From Piedraia hortae CBS 480.64 (Eukaryota): 64,000 nucleotides of DNA. Shown here in pieces: positions 9,939 to 21,927 of the stretch. Every line of letters begins with the position of its first letter. Position 1 is the first letter of the stretch. The position numbers and the translations under genes are program-made. The notes under the pieces are model-generated. The model saw only the letters and a list, made by a program, of their open reading frames with translations. It ran no database searches and was not told the DNA's origin. The DNA lies in contig MU006007.1 of the NCBI GenBank assembly GCA_010093745.1, forward strand, positions 1 through 64,000, given 5' to 3'.

Positions 9939-12513
9939 ATGGACGATCTTTTGGGCGAAGACTGGGCGGCTCCGCCCAAGACCAGTCCAAGCCCCATCAA
10001 GCTAGTCCCGCCCTCAATCACTCAGTCGATCCCCAGTCGACCGACCAGCGCCGTAGGATCCAGCCGAGCATCCAGTACCGTTCAACCGAGCCGACCGTCC
10101 AGCATCGTCAATGGCGGCACCGACTCTTTTGGCGCATTGTTTGCCCCCAAGACGCAGAAGTCCGGCAACCTGACCATCCAGGAACGGCAGAAACAACTGG
10201 CAGAAGAGAAACGCAGACAACAGGAATCGAATGCAAAGTTATGGGACGATTTGGGCAGTAGAAAAAGCACGTCGGCAATACAGCAGCAGGAAGAATCGGA
10301 GGATGATATCCTGGCTGCGTTCAATAAGGCCGCCCCCGTAGATGCTTCGAGTCACTTTCCTCCCGAACCAATAGACGATGATGACCCGTTTGGGCTCGGT
10401 CCAGCTCCGAAGAAAGTGCAAGGGAAGGAAACCATGCAAAGCGATGTGGACGATATCTTGGGTGATCTGGCTCGGCCAGTGGAATTATCTTCCAAGTCGC
10501 GACAAGAGGCTGATGCAATCTTTGAACAAATGCAATCAAGAAATGATAAAAAACCCGCTGAAGAGTCTAAGAATGACAGAGGCTTGGCTGAACTGGTGGA
10601 GATGGGTTTTCCGGCTGATAAGGCGAGATTAGCCTTGGCAGAGTCGGGCGGTGATGTACAAGGAGCAGTTGGATGGCTTCTGCAGCAAGCACACGACGAT
10701 TCGCGGGCAAAATCTCATCAGAAGGTCAAAAGTGCACGTCGTCAGGACGATATCGACAATGCCAATGTTCCTGCATGGATGCGTTCAAGGACGAGTTCTG
10801 GATCAAGATCAAGAGACAGCCATGCTAATGGACAAAAAGACGCCGCAGCCGTGGCACAAGACTTGGGGAATAAATTATTCAAAAGTGCAAACTCGTTCTG
10901 GAAAGCCAGCCAGAAGCAAGTGGCAAAGACGCTGTCTGAACTTCAAGAGCGAGATTCGAGTCAGCCAAAATGGATGCAAGGCTCCGCAATGCAAGCACCA
11001 GCTAAAAAAGGGCCACCAGTCACAGATGAGGCTGCTATGCTGGATATGCCAAGAACCCACTCTGAGAGGCCTCGCTCTGCAGCTTCGAAACTTAAAGCCT
11101 CTGTAGAAGAGGAGGTATATATCAGTCCCGCACGTCGAAAACCTAGACGTGAGCCTGAAGTGCCCAAAGTTTCAGAAGAGGTGTATATAAGCCCTGCCAG
11201 ACGAAAACCCCAACCAAAAGCAGTAAAATCACTCGAACCAGAAATGGACCTCTTCAACGCCGAGCCACCCACCAGAACCTCGGTGAAGAGCACTCCACAA
11301 CCAGCACAACCCCCAGCAGAGCCAGAAATCAATCTTTTGACCCCCGAACCAGCTACCAGCCCACCATCCAAGGCCCCTACCCTCACAAAACCCCCCACCA
11401 AACCAACAATATCCCGAACAATCCCCCCCTGCCCAGCATCCTCCCTCTCAGAATCCTCCTCCCATCGCCAAGCAGGCAGCGAAGCGTTCAAACTCGGCGA
11501 CTTCACAACAGCGCAGCATGCCTACACTTTAGCCCTCCAACATCTCCCCGACACCCACCCCCTCCGAATCATAATCCTCACCAATCGCTCCCTCACTGCG
11601 CTCAAAACGGGCGATACAAAATCGGCCCTCTCGGACGCGGAAGCAGCATTATTCCTAATTGGACCCTCCAAAGGCCAGGGAGAAAGCATCGACCTCGACG
11701 GCACAGCGAAACATATGCGGGAATACTATACCAAAGCCCTGCTTCGCAAAGCTGAGGCTTTAGAGAACTTGGAGAAGTATGCTGATGCGGGAAGGATTTA
11801 TAAGCAAGCTGTTGAGGAGGGGGTTGGGGGTTTGACCGCGAAGAGGGGGAGGGAGAGGTGTGAGGGCGTGGCTGGTTCATCCAAACCTAGAGTAGTGCCG
11901 AGGGTGAGGGAAACGCCAAAGGGGAAAGAAGCGTCGAGGGCGAAGGTTACTTCAAGAGCGAAGGTGGGGGTGTCTACAGAGAGCGAGGCAGTTTCCTCCC
12001 TCCGCGCAGCCCGCTTAGAGGCAGAGCGCACATCCGCGGAGTCTTTCGCGCTGAGCGAGAAAGTCGATGGAAAGATCGCGGCATGGACGAGTGGAGGGAA
12101 GGGGAAGAATCTCAGGGCGTTGTTGGCTAGTCTTGAGATGATTCTTTGGGAGGAAGCGGGGTGGAAGAAGGTTAATATGGGGGAACTACTGATGCCGGGG
12201 AGGGTGAAGGTCGTGTATATGAAGGCGATTGCGAAGGTGCATCCTGATAAGGTACGTTTTTTTCATTGGGCCTCCCAGGAGGGTGAGATGCTGCGCTGGA
12301 TGCATTTAGCTGCGCTATGCTTGCTTTGCTACGCTCCACCCGTCCCCACTCCCCACGGCCACCCCCACTCCCACCACCATCAACTCAGATGCTAACGTGT
12401 TTCTCGTGCAGATTGCTCTAGATGCAACGACAGAACAGAAAATGATCGGCTCAGCGGTATTCACGATCCTGAATGAAGCGTGGGATGGGTTTAGGAAGGA
12501 GAATAATCTCTAG
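9939..12513 (+). CDS. Auxilin-like UBA/TPR/J-domain clathrin-uncoating cofactor (Swa2/Ucp7-like); intron 12252-12411
   Basis: UBA domain (LVEMGF...AVGWLL), TPR (NRSLTALKTGD, KALLRKAEALE) and J-domain NLRALLASL...YMKAIAKVHPDK spliced to IALDATTEQKMIGSAVFTILNEAWDGF. Confidence 0.9.
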
Positions 12514-13557
12514 ATCCTTTTTGAGGGTTGTGATAGGGAATTTTCTGCTGATGTAGGGCCATCACCGATGAGTTTACCTAGATTATTTCTATACTTGCAC
12601 GGAGAAGTTCCATATCGTGGTTGAATGATTGATTGAAATTTTCGGTTGCTTTCGTTTTCGGCTGGAATAGTTCATGTGAGGTTATGTAGGGAATTGAGGA
12701 GTTTTTGGTGGGCTGTCGCCTTGGTGATGTTGCTGTCGAGTCTTTGGGGCAACTGGTGAAAAGACTTTGTCCATGTTCAGAGGAAAATTTGACTTTTTTG
12801 GGCTCCTGAAGGGGGGTTTTGGCATGATTCAACTTCGACTCGCGGATCCGAGATGGATAGGGTAATACTAGGTACTTACGTGGATACTTTATGAGAAATT
12901 GGGGGAAAGTCGTAAGAACGGAAAAAGAATCCCAGATATATGGATGTTTTTGATGCAGAAGATAGGATGGGCTTGTGCAAGCATATCCTCTCCTGGCATT
13001 TCGCCCAATGGAAAGATGGGCTAAATGTGTGGGATCGAATAAAAACAGCTACCCACAACTCCCTTGCCTCGACACCTAACTGGAACTTCCAATTCTCGTA
13101 CTTCCAATTTGAAAGCAAGATACCACCTACCATATAGAGTATGTAAAGCCACATAGCCAACCCGACATGGCGCTGCCCGCGTGATATACACTGTAAGTGG
13201 GGTCCATTCATATCAGTACCGTACCTTACCGCCCTTGTACGACCCGTGTGGGTCCCCATCTCGGCACTTGTCCAAGACAATAACTAAAAAAAGCAGAACC
13301 CACTCGGCACGCGGAAGCTGAAGCCTGTCAAAACGCTCGTACGCCAAACCCGAGTTTTAGCGTTCTGATCGAGATGAAAATAGCAAAAGAAAGGATTTTA
13401 GGTCGCAAAAAAACCACACGCCACAGCAGCGGATCGGCCCGTGTCCGCCTAATCCTGGATCGTGATTGATAGGGAGGAGGGGGGGGGGGAGTGAGATGAT
13501 GGCTGGAAAAGTTACTATTGCTACCCCTCTACCTCCGACCCCCTCTCCCTGGAAAAT

Positions 13558-14469
13558 ATGTCCACGGCAGCTATGAACCTGTCGGGAAGAAGTCCACACC
13601 AGAAACCCGGTCCTGCGCATTATCCGGACGCGACCGCCATGTCGTCAACGGGCTCGTACGCGAAACGCAGCCTCTCCAACGCAACGTCGACGACCACGTC
13701 TTCAACAAGTGCAGCCCCTCCGCGAAGGTCGACGTCCTCACGTAGTACGGCATCGCAATCGCCGACCTCGTATGTGGCTCTCATGCGCAAGCAAAAGGCT
13801 TCGGTGTGGTGCGATCGCGCGCAACATGAGGATCCGCGTATGCTGGCCGCTCAGCGCGCTGCAAAGCAGAGAGCTGCGATGGAGGTTGCGGGAGGACAAC
13901 ACCGCACTAACACGGCGCGTACGGCTACCAGCGGTAGCGGAATGGTGGACGGCGTACGTAGCAAAATTCGTCATCACGGGGCACCAAAGGCGAGCACATA
14001 TACGGGCAGCAATTTGATGGGAGGAGGCGGCGGCGTGCCGATGCGGTTAAGCGCGAGCGAGGTCGATGATGCCGGGAGTGATGAGGACACGACACACAAA
14101 TACCATAGCCGTGCCAGCAGCGGCCGCAGCAGTCTGGCCAGTGCCATCCACCATCAGCAACAGTACCAGCAGCAACCGCAAAGCTACGCGCGCAGAACAT
14201 GCAGCAGCGACTCTACGCCCGCGAGCCACAGCCCGTCTATGAGCCCAGGCTCCCCAGCCGGCGCCCGCACCCCAATGCCGAACCACTATACCAGCGAGTC
14301 TCAAGACTACGTCTCCCATCTCCCATCGCAACCCGTCCCGCGCATGACAGAAATAGAGCAGCAAAGACAATTCAGCGAAGAGCTAAAACGCCGGGGAAGC
14401 GTCGACGACAGAGCCATGACAATGAGTGCCGGAAGATTATTCGTAGCCAATCCTGATTTGAGCGATTGA
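13558..14469 (+). CDS. Hypothetical, largely disordered Ser/Gln-rich fungal protein
   Basis: 303-aa ATG ORF with short ordered-looking blocks (LMRKQKASVWCDRAQ, VPMRLSASEV, LFVANPD). Confidence 0.7.
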   Translation: MSTAAMNLSGRSPHQKPGPAHYPDATAMSSTGSYAKRSLSNATSTTTSSTSAAPPRRSTSSRSTASQSPTSYVALMRKQKASVWCDRAQHEDPRMLAAQRAAKQRAAMEVAGGQHRTNTARTATSGSGMVDGVRSKIRHHGAPKASTYTGSNLMGGGGGVPMRLSASEVDDAGSDEDTTHKYHSRASSGRSSLASAIHHQQQYQQQPQSYARRTCSSDSTPASHSPSMSPGSPAGARTPMPNHYTSESQDYVSHLPSQPVPRMTEIEQQRQFSEELKRRGSVDDRAMTMSAGRLFVANPDLSD

Positions 14470-14558
14470 AATGTATCATTGAGGTCTTTTGTAATTTCCG
14501 AAGCATTTGAAGTTGAATTTATTCTTATTCAGCTCCACTTATCAAAGTTTGATAGTCA

Positions 14559-15615
14559 TCATACAGCGGTATATCCCCCATCAATGACAAAATCTGATCC
14601 GGTGATATAGCTAGATGCTTCGCTTGCGAGGAAGAGGTAGATTCCTTTTAGCTCGCTCGCTTCGGCTTCCCTCCCCATGGGGATTTTCCCACGCCAGATC
14701 TTCTTCGTTTCGGGGGGGATGAATCTCGAAATCTCTGTTGCTACGTAGCCTGGCGAGACGCTATCACGTTAACACAAATCGATCCTCTTGGGTGGGGGTG
14801 AGCAAGAAGGAAGGGGGGGGGGGGTTCGTTACCTATTAACCCTCGCAAAACGAACCCACTCAACAGCCAGACTCTTCGCAAGCTGGATAACTCCCGCCTT
14901 TGCTGCATTATACGCGCTCTGCAGCTGGGGAATATTCGCAATATGAGCGGACATACTCGCTGTAGCGACAAAACTCCCTCCGCGCCATTTACCTTCGGAA
15001 AAGGCCCTACCATAAACGTCTTTCTGCGAGGTATATTGCCTCCGGAAGACTTCGCCGGCAGCCTGCGCACAGTAGAAGACTGAATCGAGATCTGTGGAGA
15101 TTACCTTGCGATAGTGGTCTCGCTCACCGTCGATCATCCGCCCCTGGGTCCATGGTATGCCGGCGTTGGCGACGAAAATATCGAGTCGGCCGTTCAACTC
15201 GTTGAGGATGGTGGAGATTGTGGAGGCGATGGAGCTGTGAGAGGTAACGTCGGTTTGGTATGCCTTGCCTATTGTTGTCGTGTGAGGGGGTGGGGAAGGA
15301 GTGGGAGACTTTCGTACATTTGACGTTGTAGGCTTTGGCGATCTCGCGGGCGCGATCGATGGCTTCGCGGTTGCCGTGGTACCATATCGCTACGTCGGCC
15401 CCGGCTTCTGCGAGTGCGTGTGCAACTTGGAGCCCGATTCCGGCACCGGCACCGGTTACAATGGCGGTTTTGCCGCGGAGGGAGAAGAGGTCTTTGATGC
15501 TGTGGGATGAGGGGGGATGGGTGTTGTTTTCGTGGAAAATGCCATTGTGCATGGAAGCATCTTCGGGCGATTTAGGGGAGGAACTCCCGGGTGAAACTAA
15601 AGGTTTGCGAACCAT
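14559..15615 (-). CDS. Short-chain dehydrogenase, L-xylulose/sorbose/mannitol reductase-like; introns 15269-15317 and 14761-14832
   Basis: TGAGAGIG, DIFVANAGIPW, catalytic S...YNAAK, ARVNSVSPGY after splicing, and TGSDFVIDGGY. Confidence 0.9.
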
Positions 15616-15772
15616 CTTCCAGGCTACCTACTATATATGGGTCTACCTTGTGATGGGATGATGTTGGACAATAATATGCACGATGCTCATTTGGGATTAG
15701 TGTGCAAACGACATTGACACGAGATCGAGTAACAATTTAAACACTAACAATCGCCTAGCAAGAATAAAACTC

Positions 15773-17259
15773 CTAATTTTTCGGTGCAACGCCAAACTTC
15801 TTGTTGCCACCGTCAAAGACGGCGTAGAAGGGCTTTAAGAAGACATCGCCGTAAATCTGCACATTTTGGCCCTGGTTAGGCTGGATACCACCAAAGCACT
15901 TGCCGCCGCCTATTTCTGAATAGGTGAGCTCGCTGCCCTTGATCGTAGCTGAAAAGTCCCCGATTTGCACAGCAAAGTCGGGAAGCTGTGTGCTGCAGTC
16001 ATAGGTGTAACCACCCTGGGAGGCATCATTCTGCGCACCGCTGACCTGGGCGTAAAAGGCAGAGGCAACCTCGTTGTCAACCAGCATGAGTGAGGTGCCG
16101 GTGTCGGCAATGGCAGAGTGGCATGACGAGCACTGTTGCTGCTGACCATTGACTGAGTACGTCTTGGACTCAAACTCCCACCATCCATTGCTGTCGTCGA
16201 TGTCAACGTAGTGGACGTCACCGGCACCGGACGGGACCTCGCCAAAGGTGTAAGCGCCGGCAGTGTTGTGACGGAGGTCAGCAACGAAGAGAGGAGACTT
16301 GAGTTGACCCATGACGTTGTCAAAGAAGGTCTTCTGGGACTGGGGCTGAACCGTGTTCAATGAGCTGAAGGCAAGGCCAACAAGACCATCGTTGTTGGAA
16401 TCCTAAGAAATCTTCAGCATTACAGTCATGAGTGGGAATGCAAACTAACCTTCTGGAACTGGGCAGAGACGGAAGTGGCAACCTCAACGGCCTGCTTCTC
16501 GGCAACAACGCCGCCAATGTCGACCTTGTCGAACCCAACATTCCCAGATGCCTGCGAGCCGTCGCCGTAAGAAATCTTCCACGAACCGCCGTCGTACGGC
16601 TGCCAGCTGCTGCTTTGCTGGGAGTTGAAACCCGTCTGGCCGTTGGAGGCTGTATCAGGTCCTTGGACCCAAAGGTCAGAAGAGCCCGTATCAAAATCCA
16701 GAGTGAGCTCCTGAGCGTTGCTTCCAATCTTGACAGGCTCTAGGTACTCAGAGTCATCGCTCTCGGGGTTGGCCGCTACACTGCCGGTACCGTCACCGCC
16801 ACCGGATGTCGAAGGGCTTGAGCCGCTGCCGCTACCGGAAGAAGTGGGCTTAGGGGCATGGGTGCTCGAGGCGGTGGGGTAGCTGCTGCTGCTGGGGGAG
16901 CTAGAGGAAGAGGGGTCGCTGCCGGATCCTGAGCCAGAGGGGTCGCTGCCGGAGCCGTCGCTTCCAGAACCATCGCTGCCTGAACCAAAGAGGTCACTGC
17001 CCAAAGGATCAAAGGGGTCGGTGCCAAGGAGACCACCGAACGGGTCATCCAAGGTGTTGAAGTCAAAGGCATCCAAGCTCCAGCCATACTTGGCAAAGGT
17101 GCGGCGGATTTCGTTGCGGGGGGAGCGTAGAACGCGGGCTCGAGCTTTAACGGGCACGGTAACGGCCTTGCGGGACTGAGGACCCTCAATCGCAGGCGCG
17201 GCCAGCGCGCTCGCGGCCAAGAGGACCACGACGGCGACCGAAGAGAGCTGGCTGGGCAT
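15773..17259 (-). CDS. Secreted aspartic protease, aspergillopepsin-like (A1); intron 16403-16449
   Basis: Signal peptide, both catalytic motifs DFDTGSSDLWV and IADTGTSL, flap ISYGDGS, and IYGDVFLK. Confidence 0.95.
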
Positions 17260-18920
17260 GTTTTGTGTTTGAAACAGACAAACTCCTTCTAGGAGAAGTG
17301 TAGTAATGAGCGAGAGAGGCTGAACGAGCAGTGAGTGTGTGAGTGGAAGAAATCAATGCGGAAACAGTGCCTCTTTTCAATGCGACTCTCTGGGCCGGCG
17401 GTTGTTTCACATGGTAGCTAAACATATTAGCGCCGAATGGAGTGCGGAGTCAGTCCCGCTGCCCGTTTGGCCCACTCAGGCGTTACTGATCCCTGTCAAT
17501 GGCGCTTCTTCCGCTGTCAATCACGTTGGCGCTGTCCATCTTCACGTGTCTAATTTAATGTGCATCCCCCTGGGGCGTCCGCCGATGGTAGGCTGCAAAT
17601 CCTTTTGCAGCCACAGGAGAGGCGCCTGGTTCCTGCATCGTAGCCAATCATCAGTGAATCCGTTTAACACCACGCAAAAGTATTGTAGTGGCTTGACCAA
17701 CTCCCAGCGACTATTCATCGCAACGGTTTTTTCACGAGCCGTCTTGCCGATGCACACTGTCCAAAGCAATGCTACCCCTCCACCGGAGTATTCCCCGCAA
17801 TACCCTTGACCGTCATCTCCGAACTGATAAGGGACAACGTGCCGTCCCGCTCCGCCTTCTCCCCCGCATCTTCACAAGCCACACTTGGCCCTATCAAAAA
17901 TCGGGGTTTGATTCATGAATACCGCGGCAGTGGGAATCAAGGATAGAGTGTCGAAAGCAATCTATCGCCCAACAGGGTTGATTGGACAAACTGGTCGACG
18001 AATCAATCTCGCAGTCGATCAGTGAAGATTTTGACTTGATAGATTCAAAAAACCCAAATATGAGGTGACTTAGCTTTCGGAGACAATTAAATCATTTGTC
18101 TACACTACGGTCTTATCAGCTCAGCATCATAGTAGTGTTTGTCTACGTCGCGATGTGAGACGGGTCAGATGCAAACAAACGAGTGCTGCGGGTTCGCAGC
18201 CAGACAAAAAAAAAACGGCCAGCACGTACCCGCGCGAGTCAGTGGTGCATTGCAGTTAACCGACCTCACCCACAAGCATCTTCCAACTATGGCAATATGC
18301 ATGACTGGGTTTCTTTGGGTTAATTTGCAGCTCGGCCAGATCTTCTCCCAATATTCTCTTGCAGATGAAGGAAAAGCAAGCAGTAATTTGCGTGCGTGTG
18401 AGCCACAGAATGCGCCAATAATGTGAAGGGAAAAAGAAAAAGCATGACGTGCCGCCGCCACGGAATTCAAAGGCGAAACGCGGTCGAGGCCTCTGAGAAC
18501 GTGTCTATACAGGTTTCTGGACAAGACTGTGATTCTTTTTCCAACACTGCCTCGGAGGATGGACATTGGATGCAGTGCTCAACCGAGGCTACCAATCCAG
18601 CAGGTCACGCAGCATGTGTACTCCAGCCTAGATGGGCCACTGCAATCACAGTGAAGCTACGTGCAAACCATGTAGCTTGCAAATGGCTGCTCTGCTCAAC
18701 CATGTAGTGTACATACACGGTATACCACCAACCCCACACTATCCAAAAACACGCACTGGCTGGCAGCCTCCACATTCCAGGTGATAATGGACAGTCCCGC
18801 ATGCCTCATGGCCACCAAAGGGGTGATCAAAACAAGGCGCTGTCCTCGGGACCATAAACGCGCAAAACCAACACGGACCTGCAACGCGGCATCACTGCTC
18901 AAGGGTAAGCGGAGCACGAA

Positions 18921-21527
18921 ATGGCACCGACTATGCAATATGGAGTCATGCAGGTCAGGGTAGACACAATCGCCACTGAAGGGAGCACCAACGGAGGAGA
19001 TAACGCGGCGAGCATCACGCTCTATCTCGGGGTTGGGATGGGTGTGGGATCGTTTCTGTTGATCATCATCGCTGTCATGACTGCTCTGATTATTCGACAG
19101 CGGATGCAGCTTCGTCGAAGCGTGGCGGGACTTGAAGAGCAGCCTGATGTTCGACGCGTTGGCGATTTCTGCCGTCCAACGAGTATCAGATGTAGCAGTG
19201 GCAGTGGTATAGCCATGCAGCAGCTCACTGGGTGGAATGCCTTGGGATCTAACGAGAACATTGTGCCAGAGCCGATGCGCCGAAAGGATTGCCAAAGGCG
19301 AAGGTCATTGTCCTCGATCTCCACGAGGAAGTATTCTTTTCCCCTCAAGAGGCAAAGGCATCTTTCGGCGATTATTGAGGGTCAAAGGACGTCAGATCCA
19401 TCTTTGACTCTCGATAACGATGCTGCTACTACTACTGCTGCTCCTCCCAATCCCGACCGGGTTGATTCTGCAGTAGCGGAGAGGAATGATAGCCCTCTGC
19501 TCCAAGATCTGGCCTCATGCTTTCCGCCTCCTCCTTTATTTGCCGACTTGCGGCATGAACAGGCGCGATCCTTCTCGGCTGCAGATGTTGTGTCTCCAAA
19601 TGACGATGTTTTCGGCCATCCTCAGCAACACATGCAGGTACGGAGCCGTTCGTTAAGTCTGGGTCATGCAGGTCCGCCGCCATCCGGGCCCGTGCCGTCC
19701 CTTCCGTCCTCTCTGCCCATGCCACTTCGGCGACCAAGTGATGCTTCCAACCGCCTAGGCCTCTGCGTTTCACGCCATTCGACCAGCAGCCAAGACTCGA
19801 CGGGGAGTTCAGTTCTTATCACCAGCCCTCTTTTGGAGATCCGCAAGGATGCTGACGGCAAGACCGCCGGCGTTGGCTCCTCACCGACTGTAGAGCAAGT
19901 AGTTGCCGACGATGACAATGCCCAGCTGAAGGCAGTCTGGCAAAATCCTCTTATCAGTGGACCACAGCCACGAAGCGAAGGCCCACCTCTCGCTCATCCC
20001 AAAGCACGATACAGCTCTGTTTGCGGTACAATCATCAGCTTCGTGCCTAGCACTTGCGAGAGCGAGGACCGGCTTTATGTCAAAAACCCAGCTCGATTGT
20101 CAGTTCCCTTACCCGATCGGTCTCCCATGTCACGGCTGTCGTCTGCACCTTCCATATACCGGCCCAATTCAGGCGCCCAATCTTTGTCCACACCACGAAA
20201 GCAGAGGTGCAGCATCCCCTCTGTTTCCGCCAACGGCTCACCCGCGGAACGAGTTCGACGAGCATCTCGATTCGCATCCACTGTCGGACTCCAACCCATC
20301 TCTCACAACGCCGTCTCGGGACTCTCACGCCAAACATCTTTCTCAACGCAGAACTCTAACCACAGCAGCAACGGCAATCCATTCCAATGGGACACACAAC
20401 AACTCATCAAGCCGTCCGCACTCAAAGGGTCTCCCAACTCGCGACGTTCAAAGGGCCACAAACGACAAAACTGCGTGCGCATATCACTCCTGGGCCCTCA
20501 AGTCCTCGGCCCACCTCCAAGCCGTCCCACCAGCCCTAGCGTCATGCGCATCGAGGAGGAATCAGACGAAATCAAACCCATCGCCCCGCTACGTCTGAGC
20601 ACCATCCGCGGCGCGCTCACCTCACGCACATCGCGGGATGTATACCAAGACCCGCCCACACCACCAAGCGGAGACTTTGCCTTTGATATGTCATCCCTCC
20701 TTTCCAAGAACTCAACCCAATCCAACCGAGCAAGCCTCCTCTCTGAACCCTGCTCTCCAAAATCCCAACCCAAACAACAACCCAACCCACCAAAACCGCC
20801 AATCCACTGGCCTCTAAACGAAAACCTTACCTCATCCAACACGTCCGCAATATTGGCATCAATGCCAGACCTCCCACCTATCGCCCCCTCCTCACCCCAA
20901 ATCAACCAAAACCTCTGGCCAAAACGAAGCGTCTCCCTCCGCCTTCCGCCCTTAATCCACAGCAGTAACAGCCCTCAAATGCCCTCCCCCTTACACATCC
21001 CCACCAATTCCAACAATAACGGTCTCGTCAAACCCAGCGGCCCCCGCGACCCAAATCTAAGAACAAGCATCCTCCGCGATATCACCAGCCTCAGACGCAT
21101 GAATAGCGAAATGTCATTTGCATCTTTTCCAGATTATTCACCCCAACAGGGCTTGGACCTAGAAAATGTGGACTTTGCGGAACTGAGTCAGAAGCTGGAT
21201 GGGTCGTTGGCCGGGTTGGGGCTGATGCCGCCTTCGTCGCCGCCTGTGTTTTCACCGCAGTTCTCCCCGCCGACGGAGGAGGAGACGACGCCGGCGTCCC
21301 TTCTGTCGACGGTTACGGTTGATATTGATAAGGAGCCGCACAGTGGTGGGGAAGGGAAAGGGGGGGTTTATACGCATCCGACGAAGGTTAGGAGGGTCGC
21401 GGGACAGTTGGTTAGGTTGAGTAGTGGGTCTTTGGATACTCCGAGGGGGGGAACAGGGGAGGAGGGACATAAGAGGAGCGCGTCCAAGAGGAGCCTTTAT
21501 GATCAGGATGGGTTTTTGATTATTTAG
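18921..21527 (+). CDS. Hypothetical single-pass membrane protein with a long Ser/Pro-rich tail
   Basis: 868-aa ATG ORF with one hydrophobic segment (LYLGVGMGVGSFLLIIIAVMTALII) followed by basic residues. The rest is low complexity. Confidence 0.7.
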   Translation: MAPTMQYGVMQVRVDTIATEGSTNGGDNAASITLYLGVGMGVGSFLLIIIAVMTALIIRQRMQLRRSVAGLEEQPDVRRVGDFCRPTSIRCSSGSGIAMQQLTGWNALGSNENIVPEPMRRKDCQRRRSLSSISTRKYSFPLKRQRHLSAIIEGQRTSDPSLTLDNDAATTTAAPPNPDRVDSAVAERNDSPLLQDLASCFPPPPLFADLRHEQARSFSAADVVSPNDDVFGHPQQHMQVRSRSLSLGHAGPPPSGPVPSLPSSLPMPLRRPSDASNRLGLCVSRHSTSSQDSTGSSVLITSPLLEIRKDADGKTAGVGSSPTVEQVVADDDNAQLKAVWQNPLISGPQPRSEGPPLAHPKARYSSVCGTIISFVPSTCESEDRLYVKNPARLSVPLPDRSPMSRLSSAPSIYRPNSGAQSLSTPRKQRCSIPSVSANGSPAERVRRASRFASTVGLQPISHNAVSGLSRQTSFSTQNSNHSSNGNPFQWDTQQLIKPSALKGSPNSRRSKGHKRQNCVRISLLGPQVLGPPPSRPTSPSVMRIEEESDEIKPIAPLRLSTIRGALTSRTSRDVYQDPPTPPSGDFAFDMSSLLSKNSTQSNRASLLSEPCSPKSQPKQQPNPPKPPIHWPLNENLTSSNTSAILASMPDLPPIAPSSPQINQNLWPKRSVSLRLPPLIHSSNSPQMPSPLHIPTNSNNNGLVKPSGPRDPNLRTSILRDITSLRRMNSEMSFASFPDYSPQQGLDLENVDFAELSQKLDGSLAGLGLMPPSSPPVFSPQFSPPTEEETTPASLLSTVTVDIDKEPHSGGEGKGGVYTHPTKVRRVAGQLVRLSSGSLDTPRGGTGEEGHKRSASKRSLYDQDGFLII

Positions 21528-21551
21528 TAGGTATGCTTCGCGGGGGGAGGG

Positions 21552-21561
21552 NNNNNNNNNN
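21552..21561. other. Assembly gap (10 N)
   Basis: Run of N next to a G-run. Confidence 1.
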
Positions 21562-21927
21562 GGTTAATTTTTAATGGTTTTTTTATTTTACTTTGGGGGT
21601 TGGGTGGTTTTTTGTTGATAGTTCTAATTTGTAGGGATTTATTCGCTTTTTTTTTCTTTTCGTGTGTCTTGGCATGGTGTGTCAAGTTAGTCGTGTTGGA
21701 ACACGGAAGTTTGTTGGAGTCAAGTTGGCGACTGCGACGAACTGAGGCAGTGGGTGGTATTGCTTCCAACGGTACATGCTGGGATGGGTCATTCCAGGAC
21801 CAAATGGATGTGACTAGTCCCAAGATCCTGACAATTGGACAGATCAGTTTGGCTGAAGGCACTTTGGCATACATTCAGCTACAGACGATACCTTCCCGCG
21901 GCTGTCTTAGAAAACCGACACTGATTC

